The notes beneath the pieces are model-generated. The model made no database searches, was not told the DNA's origin, and saw only the letters and a program-made list of their open reading frames with translations. Made by a program: the position numbers and the translations under genes. Shown in pieces: positions 27,892-37,172 of a stretch of DNA of 64,000 nt. The stretch lies in contig JARWGK010000105.1 of assembly GCA_040409725.1 (NCBI GenBank), forward strand, positions 1,808 to 65,807, written 5' to 3'. This DNA is from Natronomonas sp. GTDB lineage: Archaea; Halobacteriota; Halobacteria; Halobacteriales; Haloarculaceae. Positions within the stretch are counted from its first letter, which is position 1; every line of letters begins with the position of its first letter.

Positions 27892-28250
27892 CGATGGAAG
27901 CATACGAGTACGCCGACGGAAGCATCGTGTATCCGGGCCACCCGATCGGTCCGGACGGAAGCGAACCGGTCGATACGGTCGATCTCAGCGAGTACACGGC
28001 CGAGGTCATCACGTGGACGACCTCGATGGCGACGCCCCCCGGCGTCCGTGAACCAAACCACCTCGGCATCGTCGAATTCGACGTCGATGGAACGCCGGTC
28101 CGGGCGCTCGTCCAGTTCGAAACCGGTGACATCGAGATCGGTGACGAGGTCGAGGGGAGTTACGTCGAGGAGATCCGCGAACCCGGTGCCGGAATCCGGG
28201 AAGCCGACAGCCAGGAGTGGGACGGCTACCGCTTCGCTCCGACGGAGTGA
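27888..28250 (+). CDS. DUF35-type OB-fold thiolase partner subunit (Zn-ribbon cysteines absent)
   Basis: ATGA overlap with thiolase; YPGHP, VITWT, ATPPGV, IVEFD OB-fold pattern. Confidence 0.82.
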   Translation: MTMEAYEYADGSIVYPGHPIGPDGSEPVDTVDLSEYTAEVITWTTSMATPPGVREPNHLGIVEFDVDGTPVRALVQFETGDIEIGDEVEGSYVEEIREPGAGIREADSQEWDGYRFAPTE

Positions 28251-28259
28251 GTGGGTCGC

Positions 28260-28847
28260 TCACTCGTCGTCGCCGTCGTCGATCTGTCTTCGAATATCGT
28301 CGAGTTCCGCCTCGACGTCGATTTCCGTCGCTTCTTCGTCCGTGGTCGTCTCCGTTCCGTCGGTTCGTCGATCGTCGGCCTCTGACACGGCCTTCGACCC
28401 GTCGGCTTCCGCCGCGAGCCGCTCGTTGACCTCCTCGCGCAGTTCTCGGGCCTGTTCGAGTAGCCGTCTGGCCTCGGGATTCGACGGCTCGCCGCCTTCG
28501 ATCGCCGATCCGATGTCGGCGAGTGCATCGTCGACGGCGTCGAGACTCCGCTGCCCGAGGTCGGCCACGCGTTCTCGCCGTTCGGATCTCGGCGGCCTGC
28601 CGTCGGCAAGCCGGATCAGCCCCGCGAGCAGTTCCAGCGCCCGAATCGCGGCTTCAAGTCCGGCGATTGCCGCCGGAATCGCGTACTCCTCGGTGAATCG
28701 GAGGAACTCCCCCGGCGTCGGAGGACGCGGCACGCCGAGTGGCCCTCGGGGTGGCTCGGGTGGCGATTCGAGTTCCTGCTGTAGATCCTCCAGCACGGTC
28801 CGCAACTCCTCGATATCGCGTGCGAATTCCTCGTCTGGATCGTCCAT
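28260..28847 (-). CDS. conserved haloarchaeal coiled-coil hypothetical protein (DUF7547-like)
   Basis: PRPPTPGEFLRFTEEYAIPAAIA..EAAIRALE pattern; acidic tail DVEAELDDI. Confidence 0.75.
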   Translation of the reverse strand: MDDPDEEFARDIEELRTVLEDLQQELESPPEPPRGPLGVPRPPTPGEFLRFTEEYAIPAAIAGLEAAIRALELLAGLIRLADGRPPRSERRERVADLGQRSLDAVDDALADIGSAIEGGEPSNPEARRLLEQARELREEVNERLAAEADGSKAVSEADDRRTDGTETTTDEEATEIDVEAELDDIRRQIDDGDDE

Positions 28848-28916
28848 ACCGACACTCCACGCGCCAGCACCAAAAGCCCGATCCGATTCAGTCGACCAGC
28901 CGATCCCCTCGAACGA

Positions 28917-29729
28917 TCAACTCCGGTAGATCTCCTCGATTCCCTCGACCCGTTCCGTGTGCTTTTCTGCCGGGAACGATCCGTCTTCGACCGCGTCGAC
29001 GTACGAGCTGAGTGCCTCCTGCATCTCTCCGCGGACGTCCCCGAAGGCCTTCGAGAATGGCGCAACCTCCTCCGTGAGTCCGATCACCTCGTCGATCGTG
29101 AGAACCTGTCCGTCACAGTCCGGCCCGGCCCCGATTCCGATCGTCGGAATGTCGACGGCCTCGGTGACGGCCGCGCCGAGATTCGCCGGGATGTGTTCCA
29201 GGACGACGGAGAAAGCCCCCGCAGCCTCGTGTTTTTCGGCCAACTCGAGGATCCGGCGGGCCGATTCCTGGTCCGTTCCCTGCTGGAACAGCCCCGTCTC
29301 GTTTTCGCGGTGGGGCGTCAACCCGAGGTGGGCCTGCACGGGGATCCCCAGCCCCGTGAGTTCGCGGGTCAACTCGACCGTGTGTGGCCCACACTCGAGT
29401 TTGATGCCGTCGGCCTTCGCCTCCTTCAGCATGCGGCCACAGTTTTCGATCGACTCCGCTCTGTCGGCGCCAAAGGAGAGAAACGGCATATCCGCGACGA
29501 CGAGTGCGTCCTCGACGGCTCGCTCGACGGCCGCGGTCGCACTCACCATCTCATCCATCGTGACGGGGATCGTCGAGTCGTATCCGAGGCGCAGATTCCC
29601 GATCGAATCGCCGACGAGTGCGATGTCGACGCCGGCCTCGTCGGCGAGTTGCGCCGTGGGTGCGTCGTACGCCGTCAGCATCGTGATCGGCTCCGTCTCC
29701 GTCCGCTCGCGGATATCCTTCGCTCTCAT
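28917..29729 (-). CDS. panB: 3-methyl-2-oxobutanoate hydroxymethyltransferase
   Basis: ITMLTAYD, LVGDS, VADMPF, HLGLTP, PTIGIGAG..CDGQVL; start at ATG 29729. Confidence 0.95.
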   Translation of the reverse strand: MRAKDIRERTETEPITMLTAYDAPTAQLADEAGVDIALVGDSIGNLRLGYDSTIPVTMDEMVSATAAVERAVEDALVVADMPFLSFGADRAESIENCGRMLKEAKADGIKLECGPHTVELTRELTGLGIPVQAHLGLTPHRENETGLFQQGTDQESARRILELAEKHEAAGAFSVVLEHIPANLGAAVTEAVDIPTIGIGAGPDCDGQVLTIDEVIGLTEEVAPFSKAFGDVRGEMQEALSSYVDAVEDGSFPAEKHTERVEGIEEIYRS

Positions 29730-29837
29730 ACCCGACCGTCGGAGGTGACCGATTGTAAACCCTCCCACGTCCCCCGGAGGACGGGACCGTCGCCCCGGAT
29801 CGTAATCGCTTAGCACGTTCCCCACCAATCCCGGACG

Positions 29838-30086
29838 ATGCGGGAGCCTGTCGAGTCAACCGATCCGGAGGGCGTCGACTACGGCTGGGTGATGCAGGTG
29901 ACCTTCGTTCTCACCATCGTCGTCGGCGCGCCCGTCGTCGCCGTCCTGTCGCTTCCGTTCTCGCTTTCGACGTGGACCGACAAGGCCGAATTCGCCGTCC
30001 GTGCCGGTGCCGTCGTCTGGCTGTGTATCGGAATCCCGGTGTTTCTGTACGCCCGCTCGACGACCGATTCCGCGTCCGGTGAGTGA
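29838..30086 (+). CDS. small membrane protein (DUF5822-like)
   Basis: PEGVDYGWVMQVTFVLTIVVGAP; two TM helices. Confidence 0.72.
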   Translation: MREPVESTDPEGVDYGWVMQVTFVLTIVVGAPVVAVLSLPFSLSTWTDKAEFAVRAGAVVWLCIGIPVFLYARSTTDSASGE

Positions 30087-30119
30087 TCGCCGAGGCGGCG
30101 ACAGTCCCGCCTGTGACTC

Positions 30120-30614
30120 TCACCCTTCCGTGAGTTCGATATCGAGAAACGACTCGAGTTCTGCGATGAGCGACCCACCGATGCCGGCGCGGATCGCTCG
30201 GCCCTGTTCGACCGCGATGATGGCGTCCTCGGAGACGTCGAGTTCGTCGGCCAACTCGGCGATCTGGTAGCCGGCGTCCTGACGTGCCTCGCGGAGTCGG
30301 TCGCCGTAGTCGTTCAGCAGGTACGGCAGGGGGTCGTCCTCGTAGTCGGCGCCGCTTTCCCAGTCGTGGTCGACCTCCTGGGCGTCTTTCATTCTGGCCG
30401 TGTTCTGTGCCGCCTTGCGTCGTCGTTCCTGTTCGTCCCGCTTGTCGTCCGTCGTCGTCTTCTCGGCGTCCTCGCCGTGTCGGAGACAGTTGCTGCAGAC
30501 CTCCAACCGGGCTCCGGCGACAGTCGTCGCCTGAAGATCGGTGGTTTCCGTGCCACAGAGTTCGCAGGCGTCGGCGCTGCCGCCGCTGCCGCCGCCGGTC
30601 GAGTACTTCGCCAT
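30120..30614 (-). CDS. archaeal multiprotein bridging factor aMBF1 (Zn-ribbon plus Cro-type HTH)
   Basis: CELCG...VCSNC then YGDRLREARQDAGYQIAELA HTH; start at ATG 30614. Confidence 0.85.
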   Translation of the reverse strand: MAKYSTGGGSGGSADACELCGTETTDLQATTVAGARLEVCSNCLRHGEDAEKTTTDDKRDEQERRRKAAQNTARMKDAQEVDHDWESGADYEDDPLPYLLNDYGDRLREARQDAGYQIAELADELDVSEDAIIAVEQGRAIRAGIGGSLIAELESFLDIELTEG

Positions 30615-30721
30615 AGTCGAGATGGGTTGGCACCACACTTGAACCCTCGCCGTTGCTCGGCGGGGGAAAGGAAAGCCCTTTTACTGCGCCCATCGCTATC
30701 TCCGGTTGCAGCAGACATCGT

Positions 30722-30806
30722 GCGTGGGTAGCCAAGCCAGGCCAACGGCGCAGCGTTGAGGGCGCTGTCCTGTAGAGGTCCGCCGGTTCAAATCCGGTCC
30801 CACGCA
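30722..30806 (+). tRNA. tRNA-Leu (anticodon GAG)
   Basis: Acceptor stem GCGTGGG/CCCACGC, anticodon arm CAGCG-TTGAGGG-CGCTG, long variable arm, T-arm GGTTCAAATCC; 85 nt, no encoded CCA, no intron. Confidence 0.96.
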
Positions 30807-30846
30807 TCCCGTATCAAACGAACGTGAGAGACGTGTATGTACACAG

Positions 30847-30912
30847 CGGATTTGAGCCCTAAAAGACGAGCGTCAGCGAGTCTTTGTCCGGTTCAAATCC
30901 GGTCCCACGCAT
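30847..30912. repeat. hairpin element ending in a duplicate of the tRNA-Leu 3' end
   Basis: 30888-30912 is identical to 30783-30807 (ccggttcaaatccggtcccacgcat); inverted repeats GGATTTGAGCC/GGTTCAAATCC and AAAGAC/GTCTTT. Confidence 0.85.
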
Positions 30913-30972
30913 TTTCTGTCAGAACGACAGTGAAGACGAACATCGAGTGGTCCGGATGCGGACTGATCACCT

Positions 30973-31179
30973 TTATGTACGATCCGATTCGAGCGTCTCA
31001 GCGATCCGTTCGACCGCCCGGACCAGTCGCCACAGCAGATACACCACCACGAGGACCAGGGTGAACTGCACCCAGCGATCGACCGCCTGCATGATGAGGA
31101 TGCTGTAGAGAAGTGAGACGACCGCGAGGATGCCGACACCGACCAGTACGGTTCGCTCGGTGAGTCGTATGGAGGGCAT
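30973..31179 (-). CDS. small membrane protein (two TM helices)
   Basis: Two hydrophobic segments and LVRAVERIAETLE ending; start at 31179 or 31191. Confidence 0.6.
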   Translation of the reverse strand: MPSIRLTERTVLVGVGILAVVSLLYSILIMQAVDRWVQFTLVLVVVYLLWRLVRAVERIAETLESDRT

Positions 31180-31318
31180 ACCGACCACCAATGGGCCGTG
31201 GAATACTAATTCTGTGATGCAGGATCGCCTCCATTCGGGCGCGCGACGATAGAAATCGTCAGACGGAGCCCTGACATCGCCCGGCCTTTTTTATACAGTC
31301 GGGATGATTTATAAGTAG

Positions 31319-32128
31319 ATGACCCAGATTGGCGACCTCCTCGGGGATATCGTAGCGGATGTCGACAGCGTCGTACTCTTCGAACCGAGTGGGTCGTTGT
31401 ACGGTAGATTCACGGAAAGCGACACGCAGGTCGTCGTCGTGGCAGCGTCGAACGACGTCGGTGCGGACAACTACGTCGAGTTGCCGCTTGCGTTTTCCGA
31501 TATCACGGAGCGGATTCGCTTCGGCCTCGAGGGCGGCGTCGACGGAGGCTACCTGAACGACGGCGATCAGGTCGCCTGCGTCGTATCGACGTTCGTCGAC
31601 GACGCCGATTCGGTGATCCGGGCTCGGGTCGGTGACTTCGAGAACTCCGGGGTGTACGATCTGTTCGTCAACAGCCGCGCCGATCCATCCGTCGTTCGGG
31701 ACGTTCTGGAGGTCGCGATCGAACTCGGCAAGAAGGGACAGAAAGGAAAGCGCGTCGGGGCCCTTTTTGTCGTCGGTGACGCCGGGAAGGTGATGAACAA
31801 GTCTCGGCCGCTTTCGTACAACCCCTTCGAGAAGAGCCACGTCCACGTCGGCGATCCGATCGTCAACGTGATGTTGAAGGAGTTTTCCCGCCTCGACGGC
31901 GCCTTCGTCATCTCCGATTCTGGCAAGATCGTCTCGGCGTATCGCTACCTCGAACCGTCCGCGGAAGGGGTCGACATTCCGAAAGGACTGGGTGCACGAC
32001 ACATGGCGGCGGGGTCCGTCACGCGCGACACGAACGCCATCGCCATCGTCCTCTCGGAGTCCGACGGGCTGGTTCGGGCCTTCGACGGCGGTGAAATCGT
32101 TCTCGAACTCGATCCGGAGGAGTACTGA
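31319..32128 (+). CDS. dacZ: diadenylate cyclase DacZ (c-di-AMP synthase)
   Basis: RLDGAF and LGARHMAA DAC motifs, GQKGKRVGALF, LSESDG; TATA about 25-30 bp upstream. Confidence 0.93.
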   Translation: MTQIGDLLGDIVADVDSVVLFEPSGSLYGRFTESDTQVVVVAASNDVGADNYVELPLAFSDITERIRFGLEGGVDGGYLNDGDQVACVVSTFVDDADSVIRARVGDFENSGVYDLFVNSRADPSVVRDVLEVAIELGKKGQKGKRVGALFVVGDAGKVMNKSRPLSYNPFEKSHVHVGDPIVNVMLKEFSRLDGAFVISDSGKIVSAYRYLEPSAEGVDIPKGLGARHMAAGSVTRDTNAIAIVLSESDGLVRAFDGGEIVLELDPEEY

Positions 32129-32131
32129 GGA

Positions 32132-32929
32132 ATGATCGGGCCGGTTGCACTCGTCCGGGGGTTGCTCGAAGGGCTTACGCCGACCGAGCAGAACCTCGTC
32201 GTCGCCCTCGCCGTGCTGTTTGCCGGATTGACCGCCGGGGTTATCGCGGCGTGGCTCGTCCGAAAGGTACTGCTTCTCACCGGTGTCGATGCGGCCGTCG
32301 AAGGAACCGTTCTGGAACGCTCGGCGCGACGGCTCGGCAGTTCGACCGTCAGGCTGCTCGCCGGCGTGTGTGGACTGTTCGTCTTCCTCGTCGCGGCCAC
32401 GTACGCCACACAGACCGTCGGACTGGTCGCGGACGAAGCAGTTTTGAGCGTGCTTGCGTCGTTCGTCCCGCGGCTGTTCGTCGCGGTGATCGTGCTCCTC
32501 GTCGGACTTCTCGTCGGCGAGAAGGTCGAACTCGTCGCCAACGAGCGGCTTCGGAGCATCAAGCTACCGGAGTTGACCCTCGTTCCGACTCTCCTGAAGT
32601 TCTCCATCTACTACGTCGCGGGGCTGATCGCCCTGTCACAGATCGGCGTCGCGACGGCCGCGCTGCTCGTACTGCTCGCCGCCTACGCCTTCGGGGTGTT
32701 CTTCCTCGGTGGCCTCGCCTTCAAGGACCTGCTTGCGTCGGCTGCCGCCGGCGTCTATCTGCTCTTGACCGAACCCTACAGCATCGGCGACGAGATCGCA
32801 ATCGATGGAAACCGCGGAATCGTCCAGGAGGTCGACGTGTTCGTCACACAGATCGAAAACGAAGACGAGGAGTACATCGTTCCGAATCGGAAGGTGCTGT
32901 GCGACGGTGCGACGCGGATTCGACGCTGA
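32132..32929 (+). CDS. MscS-family mechanosensitive channel protein
   Basis: Several TM helices then LAFKDLLASAAAG, PYSIGDEI, GIVQEV, IVPN; 3 bp after dacZ. Confidence 0.88.
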   Translation: MIGPVALVRGLLEGLTPTEQNLVVALAVLFAGLTAGVIAAWLVRKVLLLTGVDAAVEGTVLERSARRLGSSTVRLLAGVCGLFVFLVAATYATQTVGLVADEAVLSVLASFVPRLFVAVIVLLVGLLVGEKVELVANERLRSIKLPELTLVPTLLKFSIYYVAGLIALSQIGVATAALLVLLAAYAFGVFFLGGLAFKDLLASAAAGVYLLLTEPYSIGDEIAIDGNRGIVQEVDVFVTQIENEDEEYIVPNRKVLCDGATRIRR

Positions 32930-32958
32930 CGGGTACGGGCGAACCCATTCCTCGAGGC

Positions 32959-33480
32959 TCAGGACGATTCCGAAAGCGGCTCTGCCGGAACCCCGGCCCA
33001 CGTCTCCCCCGGTGGAACGTCCTCGGCGACGAGTGAATTCGCCGCGATCTGTGCGTCGGCACCGATCTCGACGCCCGGAAGGACGACCACCCCGGCTCCG
33101 ATCATCGCCCGCTCCCCGATCCGGACCTCGCCGGTCCGATACTCGTCCTGGAGAAACTCGTGACACAGGATCGTCGCGTCGTAGCCGACGATCACGTCGT
33201 CCTCGACGGTGATCAACTCCGGCCAGAACACGTCAGGCGTCGACTCCAGTCCCCACGAGACGCCCGATCCGACCGTCACGCCGATCTGTCGGAGCAGCCA
33301 CGTCTTCGCCCGAAGACTCGGTGCGTGTCGTGCGGCCACGATGACGATGTAGTTCAACACGATCCGCAGGGGATGTTTTGCCTCGGTCCACCATCGGAGC
33401 GAGTTGAATCCTCCCGGCGTCGGATGGCGGGCGAGACGCTCGTGTCTGGGGCGTTTCCCGGTGGATGCGTCGTCTGTCAC
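32959..33480 (-). CDS. hexapeptide-repeat (LbH) acyltransferase
   Basis: GVTVG, ITVEDDVIVG, VRIGERAMIGAG, IGADAQIAANSLV..DVP; GTG start at 33480 inferred. Confidence 0.85.
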   Translation of the reverse strand: MTDDASTGKRPRHERLARHPTPGGFNSLRWWTEAKHPLRIVLNYIVIVAARHAPSLRAKTWLLRQIGVTVGSGVSWGLESTPDVFWPELITVEDDVIVGYDATILCHEFLQDEYRTGEVRIGERAMIGAGVVVLPGVEIGADAQIAANSLVAEDVPPGETWAGVPAEPLSESS

Positions 33481-33511
33481 GTCACAGCGAACGGCCGGGC
33501 GCCGCTTGAAA

Positions 33512-35500
33512 CTACTCCCCGTCGTCGAGGGGGCCACCGGCGTTCGTCGCTTCCTCCGTCTCCGCTTCGAGCGTTCCGCTCTCGGCTTCGAAGGCGGCCG
33601 GATCGGTCTGCCGGACACGCACGCCGCGGGCGGCGAGGTGCTTGCTCCGATTCCGGGCGAAGGTCTCCTCCCGACTCCCACGCGTCGCGAGGACGTACAT
33701 CCGCGCCTTTCCGACCGGTCGCATCGTCCGTCCGGCCCGCTGGGCGCCCTGTCGTCTGGACCCACCCAGGCCGGAGGCGTCGATGGCGATTTCGGCGTTC
33801 GGCAGATCGATCCCCTCGTCGCCGACCCGGGAGACGACGAGCACGTTCACGTCGCCCCGACGGAACCGATCGAACAGCCGATTCCGGCGGGCGTGTGGCG
33901 TTTCGCCGCTGATAAACGGGACGCCCAGCGCCTCGGCGATGTCGTCGCCGTGGTCGAGATACTCCACGAAGACGAGCGCCTTCGATCCGGGGTGATTCCG
34001 CAGGATCGCCTCGATCTCTCGTATCTTCGCCGGATTCTGTGCCGCGAGCTGTCGCTTTCGGTGCCCCTCGCTCGCGCCGTATTCGTTTCTGTGGCCCTCG
34101 GAGGCCCACGGGATCGTCCGGATCTCGACTTCCGGTTCGGCGACGTAGCCGGCGTCGAAAAGCGCCTCCCAGTCGGTACCGATCGGCGGACCGATGAGGG
34201 TGAAGATCTCCTCCTGTTTGTCGTCGGCCCGGACCGGCGTCGCCGACAGTCCGAGCCGGTGTTTCGTCTGCAGCGACGCGCTTCGGCGACTCACCGGAGT
34301 CGGGATGTGTTGACACTCGTCGTAGACGATCAGTCCCCATTTCCTGGAGTCGAACAGCCGTCGGTGTCGATCCATGCCGGCGGTCTGGTAGGTTGCGATC
34401 GTCACCGGGCGGATCTGCTTTTCGCCGCCGTGGTACTGGCCGACCTGATCGGCCGACAGCGTCGTCTGTTCGAGGATTCGCTCTCGCCACTGCTCTGCCA
34501 GCTCGCGGGACGGAACCAAAACGAGTGTCTCACCGCCGACGTCGGCCGTGATTGCCAGGGCGGTGATCGTCTTCCCCGACCCGGGTGGGCCGACGAGGAC
34601 GCCGGATCCCGCGTCGCTGAAGCGGGCGACCCAGTCGGCCTGATACGGCCGCAGCGTCGCCTCGAGTTCGAAGGAAAGCGGATCGCCCGACTCCAAGTGT
34701 CGGTGATCCTGCACCGGATAGCCGGCCTCGTACAGCGTCCGTTTCGCCTCGGCGGTTCTGTCGGCGTCGATCCACGCGGTCGTGTCGTCGATCCGCGCCC
34801 GGAGGACGCCCTCCGAGAGGTGTGATTCGGCCACGTTTCCGAGGAGATCCGCGCTGGATGCCTCGAGTACCACGTAGCCGTCGTCGTGTGTCGCAAGGCG
34901 GAATCGGTGGGCGCGTTCCCACTGTCCCTCGATCCACTCCTCTAGGGCCTCGTATCGACCGCCGAGTGCCGAACGGACGGTCGAGCGGAGGTCCTCGAGT
35001 CTGTCGTGGGGGACGTTCCAGACGTCCTGTTCGCGGATCTCGTAGGCGTAGGCGCCCTCGCGGTTCGTATCCCGGAGTCTGGCGAACTGCGACAGCTGTG
35101 CCCGGGTGAACTGCGCCGGTTGATCGACGATCACCTCGCGTCGCTCCGGGAACACGACCGCCCGTTCACCGGCACCCGTATCCCGGTAATCCGACGGATA
35201 CCAGACCGAATCGGCGTCCGTGACGTCGAGTCGATCGATTCGCCCGGTCGATTCGAGGTCGTACAATCGATCCGTGATGGCTTCGGGTGACTCGTCGACG
35301 GTTTCTGCGACGTCGGCCGCCGTGACGGTCGGTCGCTCCACCGACTGCAGGGTCTCGAAAAACGCCGCGATGGTCGATCCCGGCTCCGATCCGGTGTCTG
35401 CCTGTCGTGTGGTCGGAGCCCTCTCCTCGGGCACGTCCGTCCGTTCGGCCGAATCCGTCTTCTCGGAGTCGATGTCGTCCGTCACGTCGGTCACTTCCAC
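33512..35500 (-). CDS. Rad25/XPB-like SF2 DNA helicase
   Basis: LRPYQ, GPPGSGKT, YDECQH, GLSATP, GIDLPNA, QRAGRTMR. Confidence 0.9.
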   Translation of the reverse strand: MEVTDVTDDIDSEKTDSAERTDVPEERAPTTRQADTGSEPGSTIAAFFETLQSVERPTVTAADVAETVDESPEAITDRLYDLESTGRIDRLDVTDADSVWYPSDYRDTGAGERAVVFPERREVIVDQPAQFTRAQLSQFARLRDTNREGAYAYEIREQDVWNVPHDRLEDLRSTVRSALGGRYEALEEWIEGQWERAHRFRLATHDDGYVVLEASSADLLGNVAESHLSEGVLRARIDDTTAWIDADRTAEAKRTLYEAGYPVQDHRHLESGDPLSFELEATLRPYQADWVARFSDAGSGVLVGPPGSGKTITALAITADVGGETLVLVPSRELAEQWRERILEQTTLSADQVGQYHGGEKQIRPVTIATYQTAGMDRHRRLFDSRKWGLIVYDECQHIPTPVSRRSASLQTKHRLGLSATPVRADDKQEEIFTLIGPPIGTDWEALFDAGYVAEPEVEIRTIPWASEGHRNEYGASEGHRKRQLAAQNPAKIREIEAILRNHPGSKALVFVEYLDHGDDIAEALGVPFISGETPHARRNRLFDRFRRGDVNVLVVSRVGDEGIDLPNAEIAIDASGLGGSRRQGAQRAGRTMRPVGKARMYVLATRGSREETFARNRSKHLAARGVRVRQTDPAAFEAESGTLEAETEEATNAGGPLDDGE

Positions 35501-35535
35501 GAACTATGGGATCGAACGACAAAAGGGACGCGTCC

Positions 35536-35826
35536 TCAGCCGAGGCGATCCGTGTCGATTTCCCTGCCCGGCGGCGCGACGACCAGAAACTCACGGAAGT
35601 GCATCAACTCGCCGCCCATATCTCGGATCTCGCGGGCGAATCCGGCGGCGAGTTCGTTCAGATCCCCCTCGACTGCGAGCACGAGCGTATCGCCGCCGTC
35701 GACGTGTGCGATCCACTCCTCGGGATCGGTGCTGCCGTCGAGGACGGCGAGTACGACCTGTCCGTCGCCGAGTTCGTCGAGTTCACCCTCTGCGGTCTGT
35801 AGATCGAGGTCGAAACTGTCTCCCAT
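35536..35826 (-). CDS. conserved haloarchaeal protein (DUF5779-like)
   Basis: FDLDLQTAE, VVLAVLDG, LAVEGDLN, GGELMHFREFL. Confidence 0.75.
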   Translation of the reverse strand: MGDSFDLDLQTAEGELDELGDGQVVLAVLDGSTDPEEWIAHVDGGDTLVLAVEGDLNELAAGFAREIRDMGGELMHFREFLVVAPPGREIDTDRLG

Positions 35827-35939
35827 ACCTCCCCTGAGTCCGAGTTCGAAAAAAGCCTGCCGGCAGATCGGGTTGCGACGGAACGATGGCGGCCGATCGA
35901 ATCTGTGGGTTTAATCGGTCCGAGCCCTTCGACTCCGGT

Positions 35940-36602
35940 ATGCCAATAAAAGCAAGCGGGACGACCGACATGGAGACGGTCGATCGCTTCGAAGACGGCG
36001 TCGGCTGGATCGCCTATCCCGAGGAGATGATGCAGCGGTGTTCACACGCCGTCGCCCGCGACGACGGCGTGTGGCTGTTCGATCCGGTCGACGCCGACGG
36101 GGTCGACGACCTCGTCGCCGAGTACGGTGACGTCGCCGGCGTGGCCGTGCTCTTCGATCGACACAGCCGCGATGCTGGTGCGATCGCATCACGACACGGT
36201 GTTCCCGTTTCGGTCCCATCGTGGATGAGTGGGGTCGACTCGAAGATCGACGCGCCGATCGAGCGGTTCGAGGGCGAAGTCGCCGGCTTCGACGTTCGGC
36301 CCCTCGTCGACAACCCCGCGTGGCAGGAGGCCGTCTGTTTCGACGGCGACACGCTGATCGTCCCGGAGGCACTCGGCACGGTTTCGTACTTTCGAACCGA
36401 CTCCGAACGACTGGGCGTCCACCCGATGTTGCGGCTGAATCCACCGCGGTCGCTGCGGGAGTACGACGCCGATCGACTGCTCGTCGGTCACGGCGAGGGG
36501 CTGTTCGACGACGTCCCACGGACGATCCGCGAGACGTTGTCGAACGCCCGGGGCAACACGCTGTCACTGTACTGGAAGAACCTGCGTTCGCTCGTCGGGT
36601 GA
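35940..36602 (+). CDS. hypothetical protein, probable metallo-beta-lactamase-like fold
   Basis: DRHSRD, LLVGHGEG; TATA-like TTTAAT about 27 bp upstream of ATG 35940. Confidence 0.7.
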   Translation: MPIKASGTTDMETVDRFEDGVGWIAYPEEMMQRCSHAVARDDGVWLFDPVDADGVDDLVAEYGDVAGVAVLFDRHSRDAGAIASRHGVPVSVPSWMSGVDSKIDAPIERFEGEVAGFDVRPLVDNPAWQEAVCFDGDTLIVPEALGTVSYFRTDSERLGVHPMLRLNPPRSLREYDADRLLVGHGEGLFDDVPRTIRETLSNARGNTLSLYWKNLRSLVG

Positions 36603-36658
36603 CGCCGCCCGTGGTCTGCTCCGACGGAGGTTTATAACCGCCCCGTGTACTACGGGAC

Positions 36659-37072
36659 GTGCGTGACATCTACATCACGCGGGGGCTGCTGACGGCGCTT
36701 CTGGAACTTGCCGCCGAGCGCGACCCCAAGTCGGTGACGGTCGCCCTCGCGGTGACGGACGGTTCGGAGCTCGACGCCGACATCCCGGACGACGCGCCGG
36801 TGTACACCGACATGTACCTGCCCGATACCGGTGGGTCCGTCGCTGCCGTCTTCGGAATGGACCTCTCGACGCCGGAGGCCGCCGGCCGATTCGTCTCCCA
36901 CCCCGACGGACTGCTGGCGCTGACGAAGGCCGACGACTTACACGAGGTCGTCTTCGTCGCCGTTCCGCCGTACGACGACGATTCTGTCGCCGCCTTCGGG
37001 CGATCCGGCGAGAGCCACGACTTCGTGATCGTCGATGCGGCCCCGCCGCCGGGATCGATCGACGGCTTCTGA
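36659..37072 (+). CDS. degenerate MPN/JAB-fold-like hypothetical protein
   Basis: IYITRGLL..LLE.A...P, RFVSHPDG, L...DD pattern; TTTATAA at 36631 supports the GTG start. Confidence 0.65.
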   Translation: MRDIYITRGLLTALLELAAERDPKSVTVALAVTDGSELDADIPDDAPVYTDMYLPDTGGSVAAVFGMDLSTPEAAGRFVSHPDGLLALTKADDLHEVVFVAVPPYDDDSVAAFGRSGESHDFVIVDAAPPPGSIDGF

Positions 37073-37172
37073 ACGGTGTAGTCGTCGTCCACCGCCTCGG
37101 CCGTGTCTGTTTTCCACGACTGTTGTCGGCGTAGCGTGGGGCTTTAGGTACATCCCCTTCTATCGGAGCGTA

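Noticed and set aside
30783-30912. Prophage or integrative element bounded by tRNA-Leu att sites
   Set aside because: The direct repeats are only 105 bp apart, there is no integrase, and flanking genes are core chromosomal; kept only as a scar or small-repeat finding
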